The position numbers and the translations under genes were made by a program. Shown here piece by piece: positions 27,742-37,029 of a stretch of DNA of 64,000 nt. The notes under the pieces were generated by a model that searched no databases, was not told the origin of the DNA, and worked only from the letters and a program-made list of their open reading frames with translations. This stretch comes from Thermoleophilia bacterium (lineage in GTDB: Bacteria; Actinomycetota; Thermoleophilia; BMS3ABIN01): contig JACUUL010000004.1 in NCBI GenBank assembly GCA_014859345.1, positions 2,516 to 66,515 on the forward strand, in the 5' to 3' direction. Every line of letters starts with the position of its first letter. Positions within the stretch are counted from its first letter, which is position 1.

Positions 27742-28506
27742 TTATTCAGCCCACGCCGGAACATATCTGCCGGCCTGGTCAAGCTGCCTGTCGAGTTTCT
27801 CATAGTCCGGCTCTTTCATGCCCATTAGCGACCAGAATAGCCGGGAGTGATTGAGCTCCACAGTGTGACAAATCTCGTGCAGAAGCACGTATCGAGCCAG
27901 CTTCCGGGGCAGAAACAGTATTTTCTGATTAATGCTGATGGTTCCCGATGATGAACAGCTGGCCCACCGGGTGCGTTGATTGCCTATCATGGCTCTCTGG
28001 TAACGAAGACCGGCCGCGAGGGCCACGTCGTCCAGCAACGGCACCATGCGGTTGCGCGCCTTGCATGCCAGCCAGTCTTTGAGAGCCTTGACGCACGCGG
28101 CTTTATCATGGATGGGACCGGTGACGGCCAGCACATCCGGCGGATACTCGTGCGCCCTGAGCGAAGGCTTCGCCGCGTATTTATAGGCTACTTGCCAGGC
28201 CTCGCCAATAGACCTGAGAGAGATTTTTTCGGGCAGCTTGCCCTTGCCGGTTAATCCCGGGGAGCGCTGGCCTCCTGCCCAAATCATCGCGTTTTCGATC
28301 CAGGCCCGCTTGTCCGCGAGAATGGCCGGCAGACGGTCCAGGTCGAAGCCTGGCGGCACAGATATAACCAGGCCATCCGCTGGGGTGACCTTGAGGCCGA
28401 CTTTGCTGGCGCGGCGGCTTTCCCGCAGCGTGTAAAGCGGCAACGTCAGCTGAAGTGTATTCGCTGGTCGAGTTACAGACATCTGTTGGGCGCGATTATA
28501 CCTCAT
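27742..28506 (-). CDS. M48/WLM-like zinc metallohydrolase (DUF45/YgjP family)
   Basis: A C-terminal HEICH (HExxH) motif followed by the conserved ELNHS region. About 250 aa, typical of the family. Confidence 0.65.
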   Translation of the reverse strand: MRYNRAQQMSVTRPANTLQLTLPLYTLRESRRASKVGLKVTPADGLVISVPPGFDLDRLPAILADKRAWIENAMIWAGGQRSPGLTGKGKLPEKISLRSIGEAWQVAYKYAAKPSLRAHEYPPDVLAVTGPIHDKAACVKALKDWLACKARNRMVPLLDDVALAAGLRYQRAMIGNQRTRWASCSSSGTISINQKILFLPRKLARYVLLHEICHTVELNHSRLFWSLMGMKEPDYEKLDRQLDQAGRYVPAWAE

Positions 28507-28554
28507 GCTGCAGTTTAATTGCCGGAATGCCGGGAATGCACCTATTAAAGGACA

Positions 28555-28606
28555 TTAGGCGTTGCCTGTTTTCTTTTTAATTAGGCGTTGCCTGTTTTCT
28601 TTTTAA
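28555..28606. repeat. Perfect tandem duplication of a 26-bp unit (TTAGGCGTTGCCTGTTTTCTTTTTAA x2) in a divergent intergenic region
   Basis: Seen directly. It is preceded by the near-repeat GCCGGAATGC/CGGGAATGC. There are no further copies or spacers, so it is not a CRISPR array. Confidence 0.8.
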
Positions 28607-28664
28607 AGTCACTGATAACAGGGAGCCGCAGGTATTTTTTTGGAGACGGACCTCAGGAGGAAAG

Positions 28665-29075
28665 ATGGAGCCTCACGAACGGCACGAACATGTAGAGATC
28701 GACGAGGGCGGCGAAAGATACGAGGAAGAAGATCTTGTAGCCAAGCGTAATAACGAGATAAACAGGATTAACGGGATAATCTGGCTGGTATTCGGCGCTA
28801 TCGAGGCCATCATAGGCATCAGGGTGATTCTGAGGGTGCTGGCGGCGGACCCGGATAATGCCTTCGCCAATTTCATATATCAGATATCAAGGCTTTTTTT
28901 GATGCCGTTCTTCGGCTTGGTGGGCGAGCCGGTGGCCGATGGCAGCGTTCTGGAGCTGTCCTCCCTGATAGGCATGCTTATCTACCTTCTGGTGGCATGG
29001 GGAATCACCCGGCTGGTCTATCTGATCATGATGCCTTCATCGGCACGGCGTTTGAAGACCATCCAGCGCCACTGA
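28665..29075 (+). CDS. Small integral membrane protein (YggT-like?), hypothetical
   Basis: 136 aa with an acidic N-terminus and two or three TM helices. No further motif. Confidence 0.4.
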   Translation: MEPHERHEHVEIDEGGERYEEEDLVAKRNNEINRINGIIWLVFGAIEAIIGIRVILRVLAADPDNAFANFIYQISRLFLMPFFGLVGEPVADGSVLELSSLIGMLIYLLVAWGITRLVYLIMMPSSARRLKTIQRH

Positions 29076-31196
29076 TCAGGGAACCTTTATCACGACGACC
29101 GCGATATCGTCCCGCAAAACGCCGCCGGAATACAGAATGGCCCCTTCCAGCAGGGTTTCGGCCAGTTCCTGTGACGTGCCCGAGAACGTGCCAATGCGTT
29201 TCGCCAGGCGACCCATGCCAAATGTCTTTCCTCCCGGGGCGCGCGCTTCCATCAGCCCGTCGGTGAAAAGGACCATGGTGGAGTCCGCGTCGAGGTACCG
29301 CTCATGGGTGATGAATTCATGATCGTCTACGATCCCCAGGGGCAGAGCTGCCGAGACTTCCATGGGCGCCGCCTCCTGCCGGGAAACGCATATCAGTGGC
29401 GACGGGTGTCCGGCTGACGCGAAGGCGATCTTTCGCATTGACGCATCGATTTTTACCAGGAAGAGGGTCACAAAGATGTCGATGTCGAGCTCACGGCTCA
29501 CGGCGGCATTGAGCCTGGTCAAGCATTCTCCCGGCTCGTATCCCTCGCTGAGGAACGCCTTGAGCATGTACTTGACCATCGCCGTGTAAGTTGCAGCCTT
29601 CAACCCCTTGCCGCATACATCGCCCACTACCGTCAGCAGCGAACCGTCCTCCAGGGCATGGAAATCATAAAAATCTCCGCCAACGCGGCCCTCGCTGCTG
29701 GGAGACTGGTATACAAATCCCACATCCAGATCTTCGCGCACCGGGGCGCCGGTAAGCAGCGAGTTCTGGAGAGCGTCGGATATGATTTTTTCCCGCTTCA
29801 GATTCTCGGCGCTGGTGATCGCCACCGAGCTCTGGGTTGCCAAAACCGAGATAATCTCCTCGTCCTCGGCGGTAAAAGTCTGGCCGTCGGCTTTTGAGCT
29901 GAGCATGAAGTGACCTCGCGTCATGCCTTTGTGGTCGCGGATAGTTCCGATGAGCAGGCCTCTCAAGGGCGGATGCCCCTCGGGAAAATTCAGCCTGTCC
30001 TGCAGATCTCCGAGATCGTCGATGCGCACCGCGTCCCGTACGGGGCCCACCAGCCGGACAATCCGGTGATGCAGGCCCGAAACGTCTCTTTCGCTTGTCC
30101 GGCAGCTGCCGCCGTACCAGGGCGCATAGTATTCAGCGATGACCGATGTCCTGTCTTCTTTCACCATGGTCATGACCCCCACGCCGGCATTGGTTACCCT
30201 GGCCGCCGCCTCGAGGATCATGTTAAAAAGCCTGGGGACAGCCGTCTCACTGTTCAGCAACAGGCTGATATCGTGTAGCGCCGCCAGCCGCCTGGCATGG
30301 TTTTCCATGTTTTTCCGGGCTTCTATCTCGTTCTGATACAGCCTGGCGTTCTCCATGGCCATCGAAACGGCGTTGGCAACGCCGCCGCAGAAATGCAGAA
30401 GATCCTCGCCAAAATCAAGACCTTCGCTGTTGTACATGAAGCACATTATCCCGACCACCTCAGTCCTGAGAATGATCGGAATGGCCAGGATGGATTTGAT
30501 TCCTTCCTCACAAAACGAGGCACACTCCTCGCCGGCGGCCTGACAGGAATCTGCTATGACCACCGGTTTTTTCGTGGCCGACACCGTGTCGGCGATACGG
30601 GCGGCGCCTACGCCAAAAGGATAGCCCTTCCTCGACGTCGACGGGCCGTGGGCATATGTGGTGACCCATCCTTCACCATCGTGAATGCCGATATTCGCGG
30701 AATCCGCCTTAAGAGCAAATGCCGCCCTGGTCATGGCTATCCTGGTTATCTCCTCGAGATCAAGGGAAGAGTTGACGGCGGTGTTGATATCGATAAGCGA
30801 ACGGTTCAGGCTCTCGGCGCGCCGTTTTGAGGTCACGTCCCGAAAGACACAATGCAGAGCCCGCTTACCATTTTTCTCGATTGGCTTGATCATGACGAAC
30901 ACATCGCGCAGCTCCCCGTTCCTGACGCGGTGGCGCGTGGAAAAACTGTCCTCGCCCTCGCTCAGGACTTTTTCAATATGGGAATCGATCGCATCCCCGT
31001 CATGGTCAACCTCATAATCATCTATGCGGACATGATGGAACTGCTTTCGGGAATAACCCAGCTGCTGGCAGGCGGCATCGTTGAATTCCAGAGGCAGCCT
31101 GGTCTCGGGATCAATTATCAGGATCCCGTCAGGAGCCTGCTCGAACAGCGTCCTGTAGTGCCGCTCGTCTTCGCGGATGGTCTCCCGGGATTCCAC
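29076..31196 (-). CDS. Multi-sensor (PAS-GAF-GAF) PP2C/SpoIIE serine phosphatase
   Basis: 706 aa. The N-terminal PAS-like region (LFEQAPDGILIID) is followed by two GAF-like segments and a C-terminal SpoIIE domain (GGDFYDF, GDVCGKGL, AGHP, FTDGL). Confidence 0.75.
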   Translation of the reverse strand: MESRETIREDERHYRTLFEQAPDGILIIDPETRLPLEFNDAACQQLGYSRKQFHHVRIDDYEVDHDGDAIDSHIEKVLSEGEDSFSTRHRVRNGELRDVFVMIKPIEKNGKRALHCVFRDVTSKRRAESLNRSLIDINTAVNSSLDLEEITRIAMTRAAFALKADSANIGIHDGEGWVTTYAHGPSTSRKGYPFGVGAARIADTVSATKKPVVIADSCQAAGEECASFCEEGIKSILAIPIILRTEVVGIMCFMYNSEGLDFGEDLLHFCGGVANAVSMAMENARLYQNEIEARKNMENHARRLAALHDISLLLNSETAVPRLFNMILEAAARVTNAGVGVMTMVKEDRTSVIAEYYAPWYGGSCRTSERDVSGLHHRIVRLVGPVRDAVRIDDLGDLQDRLNFPEGHPPLRGLLIGTIRDHKGMTRGHFMLSSKADGQTFTAEDEEIISVLATQSSVAITSAENLKREKIISDALQNSLLTGAPVREDLDVGFVYQSPSSEGRVGGDFYDFHALEDGSLLTVVGDVCGKGLKAATYTAMVKYMLKAFLSEGYEPGECLTRLNAAVSRELDIDIFVTLFLVKIDASMRKIAFASAGHPSPLICVSRQEAAPMEVSAALPLGIVDDHEFITHERYLDADSTMVLFTDGLMEARAPGGKTFGMGRLAKRIGTFSGTSQELAETLLEGAILYSGGVLRDDIAVVVIKVP

Positions 31197-31412
31197 TCTG
31201 AGGCCGGGTCCCTGGCAGAGATAACGATTGTTGTCTAGTTGTCGGGCGATGACTTGCCTCTTTGGGGTTTATTTTTCGAGCTTGCAGTATGGCACATCGT
31301 TTTATGTGAATATATGGGGGAATCCCACCAAATGCATTCAGGGTTTGTACGAGGGGATAAATAGGATAAATAGTTGCCTTTCACTTCGTGGTGATGACAC
31401 TGAAAGGTTATT

Positions 31413-32243
31413 TTGGCCCTTACATATGATCAATTTCTCAAGGCCGCCGGTCAGCTACTGGAGCTGGATTGGCGCAAGTACCGGCGCCGCTCGGCCCGTC
31501 GGCACCTGCGGGAACGGCTCAACGAGCTCGGCATCGAGGATTACGAAGGTTATCTTCAAAGACTGCGTTCGGACGCCGGGGAAGCCCAGCGGTTGCCGGA
31601 TCTGATGAGGGTAACTGTCAGCCGCTTTTTCCGTGAGCGGGATCAGTGGCTGGAACTGGCCGGGATTCTTCCGGAGTTCATTAATAAGAGAAATGAGGGA
31701 GCTCCACTTATGGCATGGTCCGCCGGCAGCTGTAACGGGGAAGAGGCTTACAGCCTGGCGATCCTGTACCTGGACCTTCTCGGCCATCCGCCGAATGACG
31801 ACGCCGCGATAGACATACTTGGCACAGACATAGATAAAGAAGTCCTGGCCCGGGCCCGTTCGGGCTGTTACGAAGAAGGAGCGCTGCGCGAAGTGCCCGG
31901 CGAGTTGCGGACCCGCTACTTCCACCGGACGGGACAAAGGTTTTGCGTAAATGAGCCAGTCAGGAGGCTGGTGAGATTCGAGCGTCACAATCTCATGGAA
32001 GATCCGCTTCCGAAGGAGATGGATCTCGTTCTCTGCCGGTACCTTGCGTTCACCTACTACCGGGGGCGGCGCCGGCGCCGGGCCGCCGAAAGGCTATGGC
32101 AGGCCATGAGGCCCGGCGCCATCCTCATGATCGGCCGCAAGGACAGCCTGGGTCCGCAGGACGACCTGTTCGAGCGCTGGCCGGAGTCCACAGTTTTGTT
32201 CCGAAGAAGAAACCGGTCTGAGGAGCATAGCGGGAGGGGCTGA
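31413..32243 (+). CDS. CheR-type SAM-dependent protein methyltransferase
   Basis: TTG start. It has the CheR N-terminal helical region and the MTase motifs WSAGSCNGEEAYSLAI and ILGTDID. Confidence 0.65.
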   Translation: MALTYDQFLKAAGQLLELDWRKYRRRSARRHLRERLNELGIEDYEGYLQRLRSDAGEAQRLPDLMRVTVSRFFRERDQWLELAGILPEFINKRNEGAPLMAWSAGSCNGEEAYSLAILYLDLLGHPPNDDAAIDILGTDIDKEVLARARSGCYEEGALREVPGELRTRYFHRTGQRFCVNEPVRRLVRFERHNLMEDPLPKEMDLVLCRYLAFTYYRGRRRRRAAERLWQAMRPGAILMIGRKDSLGPQDDLFERWPESTVLFRRRNRSEEHSGRG

Positions 32244-32275
32244 ACTTCTCCTGGGGTGGCAATGTTTTGCAGTTC

Positions 32276-33127
32276 TTAAAGGCGTCCGGTGATGACGCGT
32301 GTATACCGCATCGAGCCGTGAGTGCTGCGGATGTCCGTGTAACCGGCGCTTTTAAGCAAGGTACGGATGGCTCTGAACTCGCTGGGGGTTACCTCGATAA
32401 GCAGCCATCCGCCCGGGCGTATCCAGTCAACACCCTCTTCGGCAACGCGGCGAACCAGGCCCAGCCCGTCTTCAGAGCCATCGGTAAGCGTCTGCCGCGG
32501 CTCGTATTCCCTGATCTCCTCAACCAGGCTGCCAAGCTCACCGGCGGCCACATATGGCGGATGAATCGTGACCACGTCAACCAGGCCACGCAGACTGCGA
32601 GGGGCCCCCGAGAAGAGATCGCTTTTCATAAAGGTGAGGTTGCCGAGCCCCAGCGCCGCGGCATTCATTCTGGCCAGGCTGAGCGCCCTTCGCGAAAGAT
32701 CGAGGCCCAACACCCTGGCATGCGGCAGGCTGCGGGCGGAGGCTACCGCCACCGGGCCGATGCCGGTTGCCAGGTCAAGATGCACGGGAGCCCGGCGGGC
32801 ACGCAGGCGGCGGATCGCCTGCTCCGCCAAAAATTCGCTGGTCGCGCGAGGCACGAATACGCCGGGCTTGATAGCCAGGCGGAAATCGCGAAAATCAATC
32901 CAACCCACGATGTAGGCCATCGGTTCTCCCTTGGCCCGGCGTGCCACCAGCCGTTTGAACCTTTGCCTGACCCGTGGCGGAACCAAGTCATCATATCCGG
33001 GTTCCTGTCCCCAGGCATGGATGAGCAGGTCCCAAGCCTGATCCTCCTCCCCGCCCTTGTAGCCAAACCGCTCATTGGCCGCCACCAGGGAGGCTTTGGC
33101 CTGCTTTATCAGTTCACCGGCATTCAT
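32276..33127 (-). CDS. HemK/PrmC-like protein N5-glutamine methyltransferase family protein
   Basis: SAM-binding DLATGIGPVA, and IHPPY (an NPPY-type motif). Confidence 0.65.
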   Translation of the reverse strand: MNAGELIKQAKASLVAANERFGYKGGEEDQAWDLLIHAWGQEPGYDDLVPPRVRQRFKRLVARRAKGEPMAYIVGWIDFRDFRLAIKPGVFVPRATSEFLAEQAIRRLRARRAPVHLDLATGIGPVAVASARSLPHARVLGLDLSRRALSLARMNAAALGLGNLTFMKSDLFSGAPRSLRGLVDVVTIHPPYVAAGELGSLVEEIREYEPRQTLTDGSEDGLGLVRRVAEEGVDWIRPGGWLLIEVTPSEFRAIRTLLKSAGYTDIRSTHGSMRYTRVITGRL

Positions 33128-33377
33128 GATCGATATCTCCGAAAAATGATTTGAACTATCGGATCATAAGTCATCAATTCGCTCGGGCGCGGCCCGGTTC
33201 TTGGTTTCCGGGTGAATTGAAAGGTCGTTACGGGTTATTGTAACAGCAAAGATCAGCCACACGCCGATGTCATGTCATGGGCGGGCTCAGATCATCGATG
33301 ATAAAAAAGTATAAACCGGGGTACTTAAAAAGCGATTCCGGGACTGCTGAATCTTTCGCTCATCGGGAGGGCCAGAC

Positions 33378-34193
33378 ATGGATGATCCAGTGAAGCCGCG
33401 GGAGGACAAATATTACCAGGCTGTCCTCCTGGATCTGGACGGAGTTATCACGCGGACGGCGCATATCCACGCCAAGGCATGGAAACTGATGTTCGACAGC
33501 TATCTCAGGCAGCTGTCCGAACGCGAAGGAAAGACACGGGCGCCATTCGACATCGGGGCTGACTATCTGAAATATGTGGATGGCAAGCCGCGTTACGACG
33601 GAGTGCGCAGCTTCCTGGCCTCCCGCAACATCAAGCTTCCCGAGGGAACTCCGGACGATCCTCCAGACAGGGAGACTGTGTCCGGGCTCGGCAATCACAA
33701 GAATGACATTTTCCACCAGATGCTCCGCGAAGGCGGCGTGGAGACATACGCGGACGCGGTCGAGCAGATCCACCGCTGGCTGGCCAAAGGAATGAAAACC
33801 GCCGTCATAACATCCAGCCGCAATGGCGGGGAGATTCTCAGGTCCGCGGGCCTGCAGGATCTCTTCACCGTGAAAATCGACGGCGTTGATGCAGCCGAAC
33901 TCGGGCTCAGGGGCAAGCCCGCGCCTGACACGTTTCTGAAGGCGGCCAGCCTTCTTGACGTCGAGCCGCGCCTTGCGGTCGTGGTCGAGGACGCCATTTC
34001 GGGCGTCAAAGCGGGGCGGGCAGGTGGCTTTGGCCTGGTGGTAGGAGTGGCCCGCGACGGCCCTGACGTGGTCGAAGCGCTGCGGGAAAATGGCGCCGAT
34101 ATCGTAGTTCGGGATCTCCGTGACGCCGATTCGCTGTCATCCGCATCGAAGCGGTCCAGGCGGGCAGGCGGCCCTGATCCACCCCGTGAATGA
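33378..34193 (+). CDS. HAD-superfamily hydrolase, beta-phosphoglucomutase-like subfamily
   Basis: DLDGVIT motif I, the motif II T/S, and K...GVxAG...D of HAD-IA. Confidence 0.7.
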   Translation: MDDPVKPREDKYYQAVLLDLDGVITRTAHIHAKAWKLMFDSYLRQLSEREGKTRAPFDIGADYLKYVDGKPRYDGVRSFLASRNIKLPEGTPDDPPDRETVSGLGNHKNDIFHQMLREGGVETYADAVEQIHRWLAKGMKTAVITSSRNGGEILRSAGLQDLFTVKIDGVDAAELGLRGKPAPDTFLKAASLLDVEPRLAVVVEDAISGVKAGRAGGFGLVVGVARDGPDVVEALRENGADIVVRDLRDADSLSSASKRSRRAGGPDPPRE

Positions 34194-34338
34194 GCGTTTT
34201 ATGCCCTGACTGACTCGCCGGGTCGCAGCCTGGTTTGATCAAGAACCAATGATTGATGCCGCGCGCATCCCAATAATTTGAAAAAACACTGCGCGTGGTC
34301 CGGGCGCTGCTGGCATCACGCCCTCGAACACATATGAT

Positions 34339-35100
34339 CTACGACGAAGTCTGGTCCTCGGCCGCGTCTTCATGGCTGCTTTCAAAACGAAATGTCACTT
34401 CTTCGTGATGGCCGGCCATATAGGACAGCAGCGCCCAGATGAAGACGATAACACCCGCCATCTCGAGACTTTCCTCAACGGTTGCAGTCAGGCCATACCT
34501 CAATCCAGCCTGTCCGTACAATTCCGCGACGTAGGCGCCGACCAGCTCGAAACCCATGACTCCCCCCAGGTAGATGACGGCTGAAATCAAGAAAGCCAGT
34601 CTCGTTCTCGCGGGCAGGCGCCACCAGAATCTCAGGAAGAACAGGACCAGGACGAAAACAAGCGCGGCGGCGGGAATCAACCAGGTGATATGCTTGCTCA
34701 ACCTCTCATGAAATGACCATGCCTCATCGAATGCCATGAAAAGGAATCCGAATGAAAGGATCCCCCATTTCGAGGCGGGTGAACCGGCTTGCTTCCTTTC
34801 AAGAACGGTGATGACCGCCAGTAGCAGAGCCGCGAAAAGGAGCAGAAGCGAAGAGAAGGCGGTAGGGATGTTTCTCTCGACATCGACGTAAAAGAGGCGG
34901 AAAATCGTTTCTACCAGAGTAAGCCCAAAAATCTCGACCAGCTCTTGATGAAACAGGCGCAGCGCCACGCGCATGGCTGTGCTGATCAGAACCAGTGTGA
35001 AAGCTGCCGACCCCAATGCGATCGCGACCGACGACGGATTCAGCAGTATCCGGTTTCTTATCATCTTGTGCGGTTGTAACCGGTTGTCTGGCTTGGTCAT
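34339..35100 (-). CDS. Hypothetical polytopic membrane protein
   Basis: 253 aa with about 7 TM helices and no motif. Confidence 0.4.
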   Translation of the reverse strand: MTKPDNRLQPHKMIRNRILLNPSSVAIALGSAAFTLVLISTAMRVALRLFHQELVEIFGLTLVETIFRLFYVDVERNIPTAFSSLLLLFAALLLAVITVLERKQAGSPASKWGILSFGFLFMAFDEAWSFHERLSKHITWLIPAAALVFVLVLFFLRFWWRLPARTRLAFLISAVIYLGGVMGFELVGAYVAELYGQAGLRYGLTATVEESLEMAGVIVFIWALLSYMAGHHEEVTFRFESSHEDAAEDQTSS

Positions 35101-35272
35101 TTACAGCTCTATGTCTTCAGTGCTGGCGCTTCTACAATAAAAACCCCCGGATCCAGCAATTTGACAAGAAGAAAACATCATGAGCAGCACGCTCATGATG
35201 CGCAAGAACAGCCTGTTGATTCTCCACCGCCGGAAGCAGTTTGTCAAAAGGGCGCCGACCTCGCGGGCAGTC

Positions 35273-35364
35273 TGGCGGAGGGGGTGGGATTCGAACCCAC
35301 GAGGGACTTGCGCCCCTGCCGGTTTTCAAGACCGGTGCGTTCAGCCAGGCTCCGCCACCCCTCC
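35273..35364 (-). tRNA. tRNA-Ser (anticodon TGA)
   Basis: 92-nt class II tRNA: GGAGGGGTGGCGGAGCCTGG...GGTCTTGAAAACCG...GGTTCGAATCCCACC...GCCA. Confidence 0.85.
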
Positions 35365-35418
35365 GGCTTAGCAGTCTGGCAATTATATCGCAGATGCGAA
35401 AGCGGCCGCGCCGCAGCG

Positions 35419-36120
35419 TCAGAGCTCCAGCAGCCGCCAGGCGCGGCGGCCTTCCTGCGGCACGAAGCGGCAGACGTTATATACCGGCACGCAGTCGGCG
35501 GTGGCGCCGGCGGCCGAGCCGTTGTGGGCATGGCCGTGAATTATCATGTCCGCGCCCTGGCGGTCAATGGCCTCCGCCAGCCTCGAAGTGCCTAAGAACG
35601 GATATAGCTCAACTGACTCGCCTGTCAGCGTATCGATGACCGGCGAGTAATGCAGGATCACCAACCGCGGCCCCTCGCTGGTACGGGCCAGGGCGTTTTC
35701 CAGCCGGTTGGCTTCGGCGGCGCTTTCCTCTGTGAACCGCTTGATAGCCTGCTCGCCGAACGGCTGGATCAGGTGTTCGCCGAACCCGCCGCAAAAGCCC
35801 TTTGTCCCCACGAAGTTCACGCCGGATATCTCCACGGCGTTGTCCTCCAGAACCATTACTCCGCTCCGGGTCAGCATCTCGGTCAGCAACTCGTGCTGCC
35901 CGCCCTCATGATCGTGGTTGCCCAGCACCGTGACGATTGGCAGTTCAATCCGGCGAAGATCCTCGATCAGCACTTCCATCTCAGCTTCCAGACCGGTGTC
36001 GGTAAGATCGCCTCCGATCATCAGCGCTTCGACTTCGCGCTCCGCTCCCGCCAGCAGTTCATGAAGCAGGCCGGCGGAGCTGATGCGGTAATGCAGGTCG
36101 GCAATTGCGGCGAGTTTCAT
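35419..36120 (-). CDS. Calcineurin-like metallophosphoesterase
   Basis: Start at MKLAAIADLHY (ATG 36120, ATGA overlap with the upstream gene). Motifs DLH, GDLTD, GNHD and IHGHAH. Confidence 0.7.
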   Translation of the reverse strand: MKLAAIADLHYRISSAGLLHELLAGAEREVEALMIGGDLTDTGLEAEMEVLIEDLRRIELPIVTVLGNHDHEGGQHELLTEMLTRSGVMVLEDNAVEISGVNFVGTKGFCGGFGEHLIQPFGEQAIKRFTEESAAEANRLENALARTSEGPRLVILHYSPVIDTLTGESVELYPFLGTSRLAEAIDRQGADMIIHGHAHNGSAAGATADCVPVYNVCRFVPQEGRRAWRLLEL

Positions 36121-36899
36121 ATCAGCTCTCCTCCCGGCGTGATTCGAGGGGATTTGTTGGACTGATCCCGGTAACCCCATTCTTCGATATCCACGCTGAA
36201 GCTGTAAGGATCCAAAACGCTGCCACGAAAGGCGAACTCATCCTCGGGCGCCGAGGACCAGCCTTCCCGCATCTCCTGATAAAGGCTCTCTACCAGGTCC
36301 CGGGGCAGATAGGCGCTGTGTCCGGGATACACATAATCAAACAGGATGAAATGCCAGAGCAAAAGCGGGCGGTTTCCTCCCAGCCGTTTCAGGACCCGTT
36401 GCCAGTCTATGTTCCCGCGGGCGCTGCGTATGAGGTGAACGATGTCGGCGCCGTCGAAGCGCAGCCTCAGGGCGATATAGACCTTGGCTGCTATGAGCTC
36501 CTCCAGGGAGATGAGCCGGGTTTCCACCCCGGCAATCTCAGCCGCGTTGCCTGTCTCGAACCAGTCATCGGTAACCGGCATGAGGCCGTTTCTCATGTCG
36601 AATATAAGGTCGACCAGAAAGCCGTTCCAGAAAGCCTTGGCGATCCAGATGCCGTTTTCCACCCGGGTTTCAAATCCGGCATCAGCCATAGCATCCAGGG
36701 CCGTTTTGACGTCCCTCGCCCTCAGGAAAATGTCAAGATCGTTCGTGTCGCGCCAAATGCCGGTGTAGGCGTGGTGAGCTATGGCGCCGGCCACCAGATA
36801 CCTCGGTATCGCAGAGTTGAGAACCCGGAGCGCGCGCCCGAAGGCCTCCCGCTGGGGAACCTTCAGACGGGGTGCGTAAGAAAAATGTGAATCTTTCAA
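36117..36899 (-). CDS. Hypothetical protein with a nucleotidyltransferase-fold-like N-terminal motif
   Basis: 260 aa. AGAIAHHAYTGIWRDTNDLDIFL resembles the G[GS]x(9-13)DxD signature of Pol-beta-superfamily NTases. It is translationally coupled to the phosphoesterase. Confidence 0.35.
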   Translation of the reverse strand: MKDSHFSYAPRLKVPQREAFGRALRVLNSAIPRYLVAGAIAHHAYTGIWRDTNDLDIFLRARDVKTALDAMADAGFETRVENGIWIAKAFWNGFLVDLIFDMRNGLMPVTDDWFETGNAAEIAGVETRLISLEELIAAKVYIALRLRFDGADIVHLIRSARGNIDWQRVLKRLGGNRPLLLWHFILFDYVYPGHSAYLPRDLVESLYQEMREGWSSAPEDEFAFRGSVLDPYSFSVDIEEWGYRDQSNKSPRITPGGELI

Positions 36900-37029
36900 T
36901 CCGTATTCTGCCCCTTGCCGGCGTCATCCGCGCCAGGTTAACCCGTCCGCGATTACTCTCTGTTACCCTGTTTCGTGCTTGGTAAACGGGTTTTTTCCTG
37001 TAATTGGCGCACGGAATCTTATCCGGGGG

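Noticed and set aside
28555-28606. Possible CRISPR array
   Set aside because: There are only two identical adjacent 26-bp copies with no spacer between them and no cas genes. It is a tandem duplication, not CRISPR.
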